The notes beneath the pieces were generated by a model. It did no database searches. It worked only from the letters and a program-made list of their open reading frames with translations, and was not told the DNA's origin. 37,585 bases of DNA from a virus (taxonomy: Duplodnaviria; Caudoviricetes). Positions 1 through 8,244 of this stretch are shown here, in pieces. Location: the IMG/VR virus record IMGVR_UViG_3300017560_000305, positions 1 to 37,585 of that record, one strand, 5' to 3'. The number at the start of each line of letters is the position of its first letter. Position 1 is the stretch's first letter. The position numbers and the translations under genes are program-made.

Positions 1-483
1 TCACTTGCCCGCAACGCCAAAATTGCCCTCTTCTTTCAGTGTCTGATATTTCTCGACGTTCATTGTGCTTACTGTATAGGAAAGCTCTTCCTGCGTCATC
101 TTACGTTGTTTTGCCAGGACTTCGACGAGTAACTCCTGAGTTGTCTCCGCTACTGCGCGCTGAAGTAAAACATTATGCCGCAGTTCGCCTAAACTGAGAT
201 CCAGATCACGCTGCAGCCTGGCATTCTCTCGTTCCAACGCTGCGATATATTTTTCTTTATAATCAAACACCGAATCCGCTTCTGTTGGGCGATCAAATAT
301 GTTTATTCCTTTCTTATGGTTCTGGAACAGTTCATTGATCCGAGCCATAGTAGCCGCTGAGGGCTTTTTAGGATTCTCCTGAAGCCAATACTTTACTCCT
401 CTATCAGTAACTCCTAGAACTTTTGCTATAGGGGATAGCCCGTAAACACTTATCAATTCCTGCACTTTTTCAAGAGACGACAT
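1..483 (-). CDS. Putative prophage repressor (N-terminal HTH, C-terminal coiled coil)
   Basis: IAKVLGVTDRGVKYWLQ is an HTH-like motif; divergent from a small Cro-like gene; no S24 peptidase domain seen. Confidence 0.7.
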   Translation of the reverse strand: MSSLEKVQELISVYGLSPIAKVLGVTDRGVKYWLQENPKKPSAATMARINELFQNHKKGINIFDRPTEADSVFDYKEKYIAALERENARLQRDLDLSLGELRHNVLLQRAVAETTQELLVEVLAKQRKMTQEELSYTVSTMNVEKYQTLKEEGNFGVAGK

Positions 484-526
484 TCCTTATGCTGTTTAAT
501 TGATCGTAATCAAGAAATTAAAAATA

Positions 527-562
527 GTTCCAGAAAAACTTGGAACCGTTCCAGAACTGTTC
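527..562. promoter_or_regulatory. Putative operator array
   Basis: GTTCCAGAA at 527-535 and 548-556; palindrome TGGAAC-C-GTTCCA 541-553; GAAC-T-GTTC 554-562; lies between the divergent HTH genes. Confidence 0.6.
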
Positions 563-571
563 ATATATTTG
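539..571 (+). promoter_or_regulatory. Bacteroidota-type housekeeping promoter for the early operon
   Basis: TATATTTG at 564-571 matches the -7 consensus TAnnTTTG; CTTG at 539-542 as -33 element with a 21-nt spacer. Confidence 0.6.
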
Positions 572-603
572 CTTTACAAATTCGTCAACCAAATATAGCA
601 TTT

Positions 604-840
604 ATGAAACTGAGTGATACAGCGATTGGGCAAATAAGGGGAAATAGCTGGGTATCGAACAGGGTATTTAACCGGATTGGTCTTGCAATGAACAAGAACC
701 CATTTACGATACTTCGCTGGTATAAGACAAATGCAGATAACGGCCCACTAACATCAACCGTGGCTCTGCAAATCATCGCCGAAGAAACGGGGTTGACTCA
801 GGAAGAAATACTCGATACAAACGAAACCGTCGCGACATGA
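604..840 (+). CDS. Cro-like small DNA-binding protein
   Basis: 78 aa; IGLAMNKNPFTILRW is HTH-like; first gene divergent from the repressor. Confidence 0.65.
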   Translation: MKLSDTAIGQIRGNSWVSNRVFNRIGLAMNKNPFTILRWYKTNADNGPLTSTVALQIIAEETGLTQEEILDTNETVAT

Positions 841-938
841 ATGACGAAATGCTGCCAGATGATCACCCTATTTGGGATTTGCTTGTGGACGCGATCATTG
901 GCATGATGGAAAACGATTCAAACAACCAACAATCATAA
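837..938 (+). CDS. Small hypothetical protein (33 aa)
   Basis: ATGA overlap with the Cro-like stop; MNDEMLPDDHPIWDLLVDAIIGMMENDSNNQQS; ends 5 nt before the next ATG. Confidence 0.45.
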   Translation: MNDEMLPDDHPIWDLLVDAIIGMMENDSNNQQS

Positions 939-943
939 ACAAA

Positions 944-1294
944 ATGAGAACAGTAATCCTTGCGGTATTTGCCGCCCTTTTCCTCGCCTCTTGTTCAAAA
1001 GAAAAATTCCGTCCCGCTGATGACATGATGAACCCGATAAGGGTCTACAGCTCCCGTCCCTCAGTAGAGGGTGATCGTGTACGCATATACATCAACGGTG
1101 AATATGCGGGGAACCTGGTCTATTCTGCGCAGCAGCCAGGATGTGATCAGACACACTTTGTCGGCGTAAAAGTTCGCCGCGGCGATACCGCTGTGATTGA
1201 GTATGTCAACCCTGTTCATCCTTTGGAAAACAAAACACTTAAAGTTAAAACACCTACTCAGCAAGCTGGATGCGTCTTCTTTAATGTAAGATAA
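944..1294 (+). CDS. Lipoprotein of unknown function
   Basis: ATG 944 gives MRTVILAVFAALFLAS-C, a lipobox signal peptide. Confidence 0.75.
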   Translation: MRTVILAVFAALFLASCSKEKFRPADDMMNPIRVYSSRPSVEGDRVRIYINGEYAGNLVYSAQQPGCDQTHFVGVKVRRGDTAVIEYVNPVHPLENKTLKVKTPTQQAGCVFFNVR

Positions 1295-1340
1295 TCCCTG
1301 GCCGTTGCTGACCTATAAACACCAGTTAATATCGTACCCT

Positions 1341-1481
1341 GTGATTGCTTTACCCACACCTGCTACGCTTCTTGCTTTTCAGCTTGCTTGGTATGCCCAT
1401 CGCCTGACGACATCCCGGTCGATTGAGGAGAAGGCATTCATTCGGGAAACGTTGTGGAGGCTTAAAAAATCATTCAAATGA
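1341..1481 (+). CDS. Small hypothetical protein (46 aa)
   Basis: GTG start; TGA overlaps the ATG of the next ORF (ATGA). Confidence 0.35.
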   Translation: MIALPTPATLLAFQLAWYAHRLTTSRSIEEKAFIRETLWRLKKSFK

Positions 1482-1618
1482 AACTACCCATGCTTTTTGG
1501 CCACGAGATAAAACAAACTGATATGACCGGAGTATTTACACTGCTGGCAGTATTGTTCATCGGTTATCTACTGTGTGTATGGTTTGAACGCTGGGCGAAA
1601 AAAGATCTCAAAAAATGA
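1478..1618 (+). CDS. Small single-TM protein (46 aa)
   Basis: GVFTLLAVLFIGYLLCVWF hydrophobic run; ATGA coupling at both ends. Confidence 0.5.
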   Translation: MKLPMLFGHEIKQTDMTGVFTLLAVLFIGYLLCVWFERWAKKDLKK

Positions 1619-1746
1619 TCATCATGGAAAAAGTACTGGCTTGTTTTTTCTACAGTGCCGCGGCTTCAGTCGTTATCGCCGTGACCGTTGGAATTATCGC
1701 AATTTATCACGCTGAGCGTCAGATGCGCCGGCAAAACCCCAAATAA
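1615..1746 (+). CDS. Small single-TM protein (43 aa)
   Basis: VLACFFYSAAASVVIAVTVGIIAIY hydrophobic run; stop 1 nt before ATG 1748. Confidence 0.5.
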   Translation: MIIMEKVLACFFYSAAASVVIAVTVGIIAIYHAERQMRRQNPK

Positions 1747-1747
1747 C

Positions 1748-2092
1748 ATGGACTACACAAACATCAAAACCTTTGACGATGTATTCGTCGCTACCGGCGT
1801 GACTGAAGAACAGTTCGCGGCTAAGATCAACGGCATGGATCCTGACACTGCAGCCTATGAAAAACTGAAGTTGGTTGCCAAAGCCATCAACGGTGACTGG
1901 ACTCCTGACTTCAGCGACGGGGATCAGGGTAAGTGGGAACCCTGGTTCTACTTCAGAGATAGTGCTTTCGACTTCGCCGTCGGCTGGCACCAGTACTCGT
2001 TCGTCGGCTCCCGCCTTTGCTTCGAAACGGAGGAAAAGGCTGAATACGCGGCTACAACGTTCATTGATGAGTACAACGCTTTTCTGAAATAA
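1748..2092 (+). CDS. DGR target protein 1 (114 aa)
   Basis: Start taken as ATG 1748; paralogous motifs AYEKLK..A.A.N..W.PD..KW.PWF..VGSRLCF; contains VR1. Confidence 0.88.
   Translation: MDYTNIKTFDDVFVATGVTEEQFAAKINGMDPDTAAYEKLKLVAKAINGDWTPDFSDGDQGKWEPWFYFRDSAFDFAVGWHQYSFVGSRLCFETEEKAEYAATTFIDEYNAFLK
1967..2022 (+). repeat. DGR variable repeat VR1
   Basis: Aligns ungapped to TR 8301-8356 with 14 mismatches, all at TR adenines. Confidence 0.93.
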
Positions 2093-2124
2093 GCCTCGCT
2101 ACCTATTTGCAAAAAACACCAATC

Positions 2125-2454
2125 ATGAATATCAACGTAACAATTTCCGCGGCACCTGATCTGCTGCAAACCCTTCAAACTTTCGTGGGCCTGTTGACCG
2201 GCAAAACGAGTACTGATAAAAAGGACAAGCCTGTTAAGCCGGTCGTGACTACCCCTGCTACAGCAACTGAAGCCGCTGAACCGGACAAGGTCGTAACCCT
2301 TACGCAAATTCGCGAGTTGGCGACCGACCTGTCGCAGAGCCACGGCAAAGGACCTGCTGTCAAAAACTTGCTGAAACAGTATGACTGCGATACGCTTACC
2401 AAGCTTCCGCAGGAGCAGTACAACGCCTTTTTCAACGAACTGAAAGGGTTGTAA
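2125..2454 (+). CDS. Hypothetical protein typical of the position upstream of DUF2800
   Basis: ATG 2125 after AAAACACCAATC; low-complexity linker plus helical C-terminal domain (VKNLLKQY..LTKLPQEQY). Confidence 0.75.
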   Translation: MNINVTISAAPDLLQTLQTFVGLLTGKTSTDKKDKPVKPVVTTPATATEAAEPDKVVTLTQIRELATDLSQSHGKGPAVKNLLKQYDCDTLTKLPQEQYNAFFNELKGL

Positions 2455-2455
2455 T

Positions 2456-3625
2456 ATGGCACATGCAATCCTTTCCCCCTCTGGCGCTTCGCGTTGGCTA
2501 GCTTGCACTCCCTCGGCAAGACTGGAAAGTACTTTCCCGGACCAGGCTGGCCTCGCAGCGCGCGAGGGGACGCTTGCCCATACGCTCGGTGAACTACTGA
2601 TCCGGCGAGATAATGACTGGGTGACACCTCCCAAATTCGATAAGCAACTGGCTTTGATCAAAGCAGATAAGCTGTATCAAAATGAGATGATGGCCTACTG
2701 TGAAGATTATGCTGCCTACATCATGGAGAAGTTTGCCGCAGCAAAGATGCACACCGCCGATGCACAATTGCTTCTCGAACAGCGAGTCGATCTTACGGAC
2801 TTTATCAAGGAGGGTTTTGGTACCACAGATGCTAATATCATTGCTGACCATACGCTCGATATCACGGATTTGAAATATGGGAAAGGGGTACCCGTTTCTG
2901 CTGTGGAAAACAAGCAGATGATGATCTATGCCCTTGGTAGCCTGAAGGCTTTCGGTCACCTCTACGATATACAGGTTGTTCGCATGACCATTTACCAACC
3001 TCGGATTCAAAATATTTCCTCTTGGGAAATATCGGTAACGGATCTACTCGCTTGGGCAGAAACAGAACTGCGGCCCAAAGCTGCACTTGCTTTCACTGGC
3101 GAGGGAGATTTCTTACCGGGTAAACATTGCCAGTTCTGCCGCGCACGCGCAGTGTGCAAAACCAACGCAGCCTTTAACCTGGAGATTGAAGAGTACGAAC
3201 GAAGAGAATCCGATCTTCTTTCTGACTCCGATATAGCAGATATACTTGGTCGCGCGGAGGCATTAGAGAAATGGTTGAAAGCTGTAAAAGATCATGCCTT
3301 ACAACAAGCGGTTGCCGGTAAAAGCTATCCAGGATATAAACTTGTCGAAGGACGCAGCGTCCGTAAATACGCTGATGAGGCGGCGGTGGAAAAAAGGCTA
3401 CGGGATAACGGCTTTACTGATGCGCAAATCTTCAAACCGTTGGAGCTGTTGGGTATTACCGCACTGCAGGGTGAACTGGGTAAAAAACAATTTGAACAGT
3501 TGCTCAGTCCTCTTATCATCAAACCCGCTGGTAAACCTGTTTTGGTGCCATCGTCGGATAAACGTCCTGAACTCAATAACCTTGAAGCCGCTGTACGCGA
3601 TTTCGATGATGGCTTCGAAGACTAG
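2456..3625 (+). CDS. DUF2800-family PD-(D/E)XK (Cas4-like) exonuclease
   Basis: HAILSPSGASRWLAC, GFGTTD, DLKYGKG, QMMIYALG and HCQFC..C motifs. Confidence 0.88.
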   Translation: MAHAILSPSGASRWLACTPSARLESTFPDQAGLAAREGTLAHTLGELLIRRDNDWVTPPKFDKQLALIKADKLYQNEMMAYCEDYAAYIMEKFAAAKMHTADAQLLLEQRVDLTDFIKEGFGTTDANIIADHTLDITDLKYGKGVPVSAVENKQMMIYALGSLKAFGHLYDIQVVRMTIYQPRIQNISSWEISVTDLLAWAETELRPKAALAFTGEGDFLPGKHCQFCRARAVCKTNAAFNLEIEEYERRESDLLSDSDIADILGRAEALEKWLKAVKDHALQQAVAGKSYPGYKLVEGRSVRKYADEAAVEKRLRDNGFTDAQIFKPLELLGITALQGELGKKQFEQLLSPLIIKPAGKPVLVPSSDKRPELNNLEAAVRDFDDGFED

Positions 3626-3657
3626 CATAGAAACAGCAAACTTTTAAAACACCAATA

Positions 3658-4245
3658 ATGTCAGAACAAAAATCACCGACCAGTGTGTCGACAGGCGTCG
3701 TACGCCTCAGTTATGCCCATATCTGGGCGCCTTCCAGAATCGATGAGGAAAGTAAGGAGAAATACAGTACTGCGATCCTTATCGACAAGGCGGATAAGTC
3801 AACCGTTGACAAAATCAACGCGGCAATCGAGCACCTCGAAAAAGAAGCCAAAGAAAAGAACAAAGGAAAGCTGCCCAAAAACTTCAAGCGCCCGCTACGT
3901 GACGGGGATGAAGAAAAGCCTGAAGACGAGAACTACGCCGGAAAGTACTTCCTGAACGCGTCCAGCAGCCGCAAACCCGGTATTGTGAAACGTGTCAACG
4001 GCAAGTTGGAAACGATCACCGAAGAAGGTGAAGTATACTCAGGTGCCTACGTCCGCGTCGGTCTGAACTTTTACCTCTTCGATGTGAAAGGTAATGTCGG
4101 CATTGCCGCGGGCCTCAACAACATTCTGAAAGTAAAAGACGGCGAGCCGTTGGCCGGTGGTACTTCCGCCTCCCAGGATTTTGACGACGATTTCGATTAC
4201 AGTGAAATCGACGCCGATGCAGAAAACGACAGCTTTCTCAACTAA
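3658..4245 (+). CDS. DUF2815-family ssDNA-binding protein (T7 gp2.5-like)
   Basis: RLSYAHIW, PLRDGD, VYSG, GIAAGLNNI..DGEPLAG motifs; acidic C-terminal tail. Confidence 0.88.
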   Translation: MSEQKSPTSVSTGVVRLSYAHIWAPSRIDEESKEKYSTAILIDKADKSTVDKINAAIEHLEKEAKEKNKGKLPKNFKRPLRDGDEEKPEDENYAGKYFLNASSSRKPGIVKRVNGKLETITEEGEVYSGAYVRVGLNFYLFDVKGNVGIAAGLNNILKVKDGEPLAGGTSASQDFDDDFDYSEIDADAENDSFLN

Positions 4246-4251
4246 CCCCGC

Positions 4252-4278
4252 AAGAGCCTGTTTCGGCAGGCTCTTTTT
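4252..4278 (+). terminator. Intrinsic terminator after the SSB gene
   Basis: AAGAGCCTG-TTTCGG-CAGGCTCTT then T run. Confidence 0.8.
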
Positions 4279-4290
4279 AAATTTTTTAAT

Positions 4291-4749
4291 ATGAATAATT
4301 TAACCATATCGAAACAACACGTGCTCAGTGCCTACCGGTCCGAGAGTCTTGAAGGTAAAAAAGTTCTTGAAGCATTATTTGGCAACACTGTGTTTCAGCC
4401 AATCACTGATCGCGTAAAAACCTTTGCAGACGCCTGCGCCGTTGTTGGAACAACCGAACAGGCTGTCCTTGCCTTATCTCAAACAACCGATGGCCAAGCT
4501 TATGAAAAGTTGAAAGTAGTCGCCCAAGCACTCAACGAAGGCTGGCAGCCTGACTGGAAGAACGGCAACAAGTACAAATGGTATCCAGTATTCGACATGA
4601 GTGGTGATCGCCTCGTCTTCTACGGCGCCTACTTCTGGTACCTGCGCTCGGCCGTCGGCTCCCGCCTTTGCTTCGAAACGGAGGAAAAGGCAGCGTATGC
4701 CGGCAAACAGTTTTTGGATCTTTTCGAAACTCTTTTCGTTATCCAATGA
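4291..4749 (+). CDS. DGR target protein 2 (152 aa)
   Basis: RVKTFADAC, AYEKLK, NEGWQPDW, KWYP, VGSRLCF; contains VR2; ATGA-coupled to the DNA polymerase. Confidence 0.9.
   Translation: MNNLTISKQHVLSAYRSESLEGKKVLEALFGNTVFQPITDRVKTFADACAVVGTTEQAVLALSQTTDGQAYEKLKVVAQALNEGWQPDWKNGNKYKWYPVFDMSGDRLVFYGAYFWYLRSAVGSRLCFETEEKAAYAGKQFLDLFETLFVIQ
4612..4673 (+). repeat. DGR variable repeat VR2
   Basis: Ungapped match to TR 8295-8356 with 15 mismatches, all at TR adenines. Confidence 0.95.
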
Positions 4750-6689
4750 AAGAACTTTCAATCGATATTGAAACTTTCAGCAGCGTTGACCTCAGAAAGT
4801 CGGGCGTGTACCGGTACGCAGAGGCGCCAGACTTTCAGATTCTCCTGTTTGCGTACAGCTACGGTGGCAAGGTTGAAATTGTAGACTTCGCGAACGATGA
4901 AGTTCTTCCTGATCAGGTATTGGCTGATCTCGTTAATCCGGATGTACTCAAAACTGCCTTTAATGCCGCTTTCGAACGTACTTGTATTGCTGCTTATCTG
5001 GGGCTTCAAATGCCTGCATCGCAGTGGCGCTGTACAATGGTAAAAGCGATGCAGCTTGGTTTGCCTGGCAGTCTTGATTCTGTGGCGAAAGCTTTGAAAC
5101 TGTCTGCAGAGAAAGACAATGCCGGTAAGGCGTTAATCAAATATTTTTCCGTCCCTTGTAAACCGACAAAGACAAACGGCTTAAGGATCCGAAATCTACC
5201 TGCGCATGATCTGGTCAAATGGGAAGCGTTCAAAAACTACTGTATCCAGGACGTCGTGGTAGAAAAGCAGATCAGAGAATCACTCTCATGGTTTGAACCC
5301 GTACCGACTGAGCATAAAGTCTGGAACCTGGATCAAAAGATCAATGACACCGGGATCATGCTAAACGCTGAACTCGTTAACAATGCTATTGCCTTTGATC
5401 TGGCCTTTGCAGAAAAACTGAGTACCGAAGCGGCTGTCTTGACCGGTCTTTCAAATCCAAACAGTGTTGCACAGCTTAAACAGTGGATTTTGGATACCTC
5501 CGGCGAGGAGGTTGACAAACTGAATAAAGACACCCTACCAGAGCTGATCGATAAAACGGACGACGAGGTGTTACGGCGTGTGTTAGAACTCCGTCAGCAG
5601 ATGGCCAAAACATCCGTCAAAAAGTACCTGGCTATGCGCAACGCGATCTGCCGCAATGGTAGAGTGCATGGCGTTACGCAGTATTACGGTGCTGGGCGGA
5701 CAGGACGGTGGGCCGGTCGTTTAGTCCAGGTGCAGAACTTGCCAAAAAACGACTTGTCTGATCTTGACCTTGCCCGCCGTATTACCCTGTCCGGTGATAT
5801 TGATACCCTGGAACTCTGTTTCGGTAACGTGCCGGACACCCTTTCTCAACTCATCCGTACCGCTTTTGTTGCGCCTGCAGGAAACCGCCTCATCCCTTCT
5901 GATTTCTCTGCTATTGAGGCGCGCGTAATTGCGTGGCTGGCTGGCGAAAACTGGCGACTGGAAGTCTTCAAAACACACGGTAAAATATATGAAGCTTCAG
6001 CCGCACAGATGTTCGGTGTACCGATCGAATCCATCAAAAAGGGTTCTGATCTCCGACAGAAGGGGAAAGTGTCAGAACTGGCTCTTGGTTACCAGGGTGG
6101 CCCAAATGCCTTGGTTAAAATGGGAGCGCTCAAAATGGGATTACAAGAGGAAGAACTGCCTAAGCTGGTCAAGATGTGGCGCAATGCTAATAAGAAGATC
6201 GTCGCGTTTTGGGATAGCGTCAACAGGGCTGCTATTACCGCAGTTGAAACCGGCCGCACAGTCTCTCTGCAGCACCAAGTCGGCTTTCAAGTTTACAAGG
6301 ACATCCTGTTTATTCACTTGCCGAGTGGTCGGAAGCTGGCTTATCAACAGCCTCGGTTGCTTGATGGGAAATACGGTCCTATCGTTACTTACTCCGGAAC
6401 TGATCAACAGAAAAAGACCTGGGGCCGGCAGGAAACCTATGGTGGTAAACTGGTCGAAAATATCGTACAGGCGGTATCGCGCGACCTGCTGGCAGACGCG
6501 ATGCTTCGCCTGGATGCGGCGGGTTATAAAATATGCATGCACGTGCATGACGAGGTTGTCCTGGAAGTTCCCACGGACAAGGGATCACTTGACGAGATCG
6601 ACGCAATTATGGGAGCGTCTGTTCCCTGGGCCTCAGGGCTGCCTTTAAAAGCAGACAGTTACGAAACACTTTACTACAAAAAAGATTAA
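4746..6689 (+). CDS. Phage family A DNA polymerase with 3'-5' exonuclease domain
   Basis: DIET (ExoI), FNAAFE, YCIQD, motif A DFSAIEAR, motif B RQKGKVSELALGY, motif C HVHDE; start taken as ATG 4746. Confidence 0.95.
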   Translation: MKELSIDIETFSSVDLRKSGVYRYAEAPDFQILLFAYSYGGKVEIVDFANDEVLPDQVLADLVNPDVLKTAFNAAFERTCIAAYLGLQMPASQWRCTMVKAMQLGLPGSLDSVAKALKLSAEKDNAGKALIKYFSVPCKPTKTNGLRIRNLPAHDLVKWEAFKNYCIQDVVVEKQIRESLSWFEPVPTEHKVWNLDQKINDTGIMLNAELVNNAIAFDLAFAEKLSTEAAVLTGLSNPNSVAQLKQWILDTSGEEVDKLNKDTLPELIDKTDDEVLRRVLELRQQMAKTSVKKYLAMRNAICRNGRVHGVTQYYGAGRTGRWAGRLVQVQNLPKNDLSDLDLARRITLSGDIDTLELCFGNVPDTLSQLIRTAFVAPAGNRLIPSDFSAIEARVIAWLAGENWRLEVFKTHGKIYEASAAQMFGVPIESIKKGSDLRQKGKVSELALGYQGGPNALVKMGALKMGLQEEELPKLVKMWRNANKKIVAFWDSVNRAAITAVETGRTVSLQHQVGFQVYKDILFIHLPSGRKLAYQQPRLLDGKYGPIVTYSGTDQQKKTWGRQETYGGKLVENIVQAVSRDLLADAMLRLDAAGYKICMHVHDEVVLEVPTDKGSLDEIDAIMGASVPWASGLPLKADSYETLYYKKD

Positions 6690-6691
6690 AC

Positions 6692-7356
6692 GTGAAAACG
6701 GATACGATGATATCAATGTGCGATCTGACTGGTAAGATGGCTGAACCTTGGGCGGAAGCTGGATATACATGTATATGTGTCGATATCCAGCATTCAATCA
6801 GGGCGACAAAACGATGTGCGCACCCTGTCAAACATTTTCCATCGGGCGGATCTATTCATTTCGTTTGGGGAGACGCCAGGAGTTGGAAGCCATCAATGTT
6901 TTGTAAAGATTTCTTCAATCGGTATATCATCCGATTCGTGGCTTGTTTTCCTACTTGTACCAATCTGGCCGGCAGCGGCTCGCAGGATTGGCAACTCAAA
7001 GGAATTGCAATGCTTACCGACGGTCTGATGCTATTCAACGCTTGCGAGCAGATATCAGATTGGTCCGGCGCGCCATATTTAATTGAAAACCCTGTTGGTG
7101 TTGTCCCTGCACATCACCGGAAGCCAGACTATTATTTCCAGCCGTGGCAATTCGGCGACCTATACCAAAAGAAAACATGCCTTTGGTCAGGTAACGGATT
7201 CGTCATGCCAGAGGCAGAATACATCTTCAAACCGGAAGGTGTTACGCAAAAGATATGGCTTACCCCCCCGGTCCGGATCGTCAGAATGAAAGGTCAAAAA
7301 CGCCGACAGGATTTGCTCGGGCAGTTTTCAACGCTAATAAATTCTTGAACCAATAA
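6692..7356 (+). CDS. C5-cytosine methyltransferase-like protein, apparently frameshifted near the C-terminus
   Basis: N-terminal SAM-binding-like strand (ISMCDLTG..VDI), FPTCT, IENPVG, KKTCLW. The reported frame stops at 7348; the family-like tail RSKTPTGFARAVFNAN is in another frame after a C7 tract and stops at 7356. Confidence 0.6.
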
Positions 7357-7366
7357 AACACCAATC

Positions 7367-7837
7367 ATGCAAACACTACAGACTCCCAAACAAACAGTTA
7401 TTGACCTTTTCAATAACTCCAACACAGTAGAACGTGCCGTTCTTATCAAGCTGTTCGGCGACTCCTTTCATCGGCCAATTACAGAACGCATCCAGACCAT
7501 TGAGGATGCCTACGCCGAATTAGGCCGCAAACCTGAAGATTTCCGGCCATACAGTCAACCGCCAAATCAGCGCCAGGAAGCCATGAATGCCATGGCAGAT
7601 ATCTGGACCGTTGTTGAAGCCGCCAACGAAGGCTGGCAGCCTGACTGGAAAAACGACGATGAATACAAATGGTACCCATTCTTCGATATGAGTGGTGATC
7701 GCCTCGTCTTCTACGGCGCCAACTACTGGGGCCAGGGCTCGGACGTCGGCTCCCGCCTTTGCTTTCGGACTCGTGATTTGGCCGAGCATTTTGGTAAAAA
7801 ATTCATCGAGGTATATGAGAAATTCATGTGCTCCTAA
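7367..7837 (+). CDS. DGR target protein 3 (156 aa)
   Basis: ERIQTIEDA, NEGWQPDW, KWYPFF, VGSRLCF; contains VR3. Confidence 0.9.
   Translation: MQTLQTPKQTVIDLFNNSNTVERAVLIKLFGDSFHRPITERIQTIEDAYAELGRKPEDFRPYSQPPNQRQEAMNAMADIWTVVEAANEGWQPDWKNDDEYKWYPFFDMSGDRLVFYGANYWGQGSDVGSRLCFRTRDLAEHFGKKFIEVYEKFMCS
7703..7765 (+). repeat. DGR variable repeat VR3
   Basis: Ungapped match to TR 8295-8357 with 12 mismatches, all at TR adenines. Confidence 0.95.
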
Positions 7838-7863
7838 CCTTCAAAACTTTCAAAACACCAATC

Positions 7864-8244
7864 ATGACAAAAGTCATCTCCTTCCTGTCAGCTTGTAAAA
7901 AGCTCAAAAGAGACCCTAAGAAACTCCCCGTCGTAAAGGGTTTGCCAAAGATCCATGCTGAGGCCATTATCGCCCAGTATAAATTATGGACCATCGCTGA
8001 CGCAATCCGCGATGGCTGGAAACCGGATTATAGCAATACCGATCAATGGAAGTGGTACGCTTACTTCTACTTTGAGTCTGCAAAAACAAAACAAGGCCGT
8101 CCGACCCTCGTCTTCGGCTGCGCCGCCTACTGGAACCGGGCCTCGTACGTCGGCTCCCGCCTTTGCTTCGAAACGAGGGCACAGGCTGAATACTTTGGTA
8201 AGAAATTCATAAAGCTGCACCAGCAGGTTCACCGAATGGATTAA
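7864..8244 (+). CDS. DGR target protein 4 (126 aa, basic)
   Basis: ATG 7864 after AAAACACCAATC; AQYKL, DGWKPDY, KWYAYF, VGSRLCF; contains VR4. Confidence 0.9.
   Translation: MTKVISFLSACKKLKRDPKKLPVVKGLPKIHAEAIIAQYKLWTIADAIRDGWKPDYSNTDQWKWYAYFYFESAKTKQGRPTLVFGCAAYWNRASYVGSRLCFETRAQAEYFGKKFIKLHQQVHRMD
8107..8168 (+). repeat. DGR variable repeat VR4
   Basis: Ungapped match to TR 8295-8356 with 14 mismatches, all at TR adenines. Confidence 0.95.

Noticed and set aside
2013-2040. GCCTTT...AAAGGC inverted repeat after VR1 and VR2 as a homing hairpin
   Set aside because: Only 6 bp with a 16-nt loop, wobble-only in VR4 and essentially absent in VR3; too weak to call.
1948-2661. Long minus-strand ORFs here and elsewhere (e.g. 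32619-33143, 33286-33789)
   Set aside because: Antisense to well-supported + strand genes with no recognisable motifs.
4668-4745. Upstream ORF-track starts for DNA pol (also 872, 1688, 7828, 14693, 18763, 34039, 34803)
   Set aside because: They overlap upstream genes extensively; downstream starts give ATGA/GTGA coupling, A-rich leaders or signal peptides.
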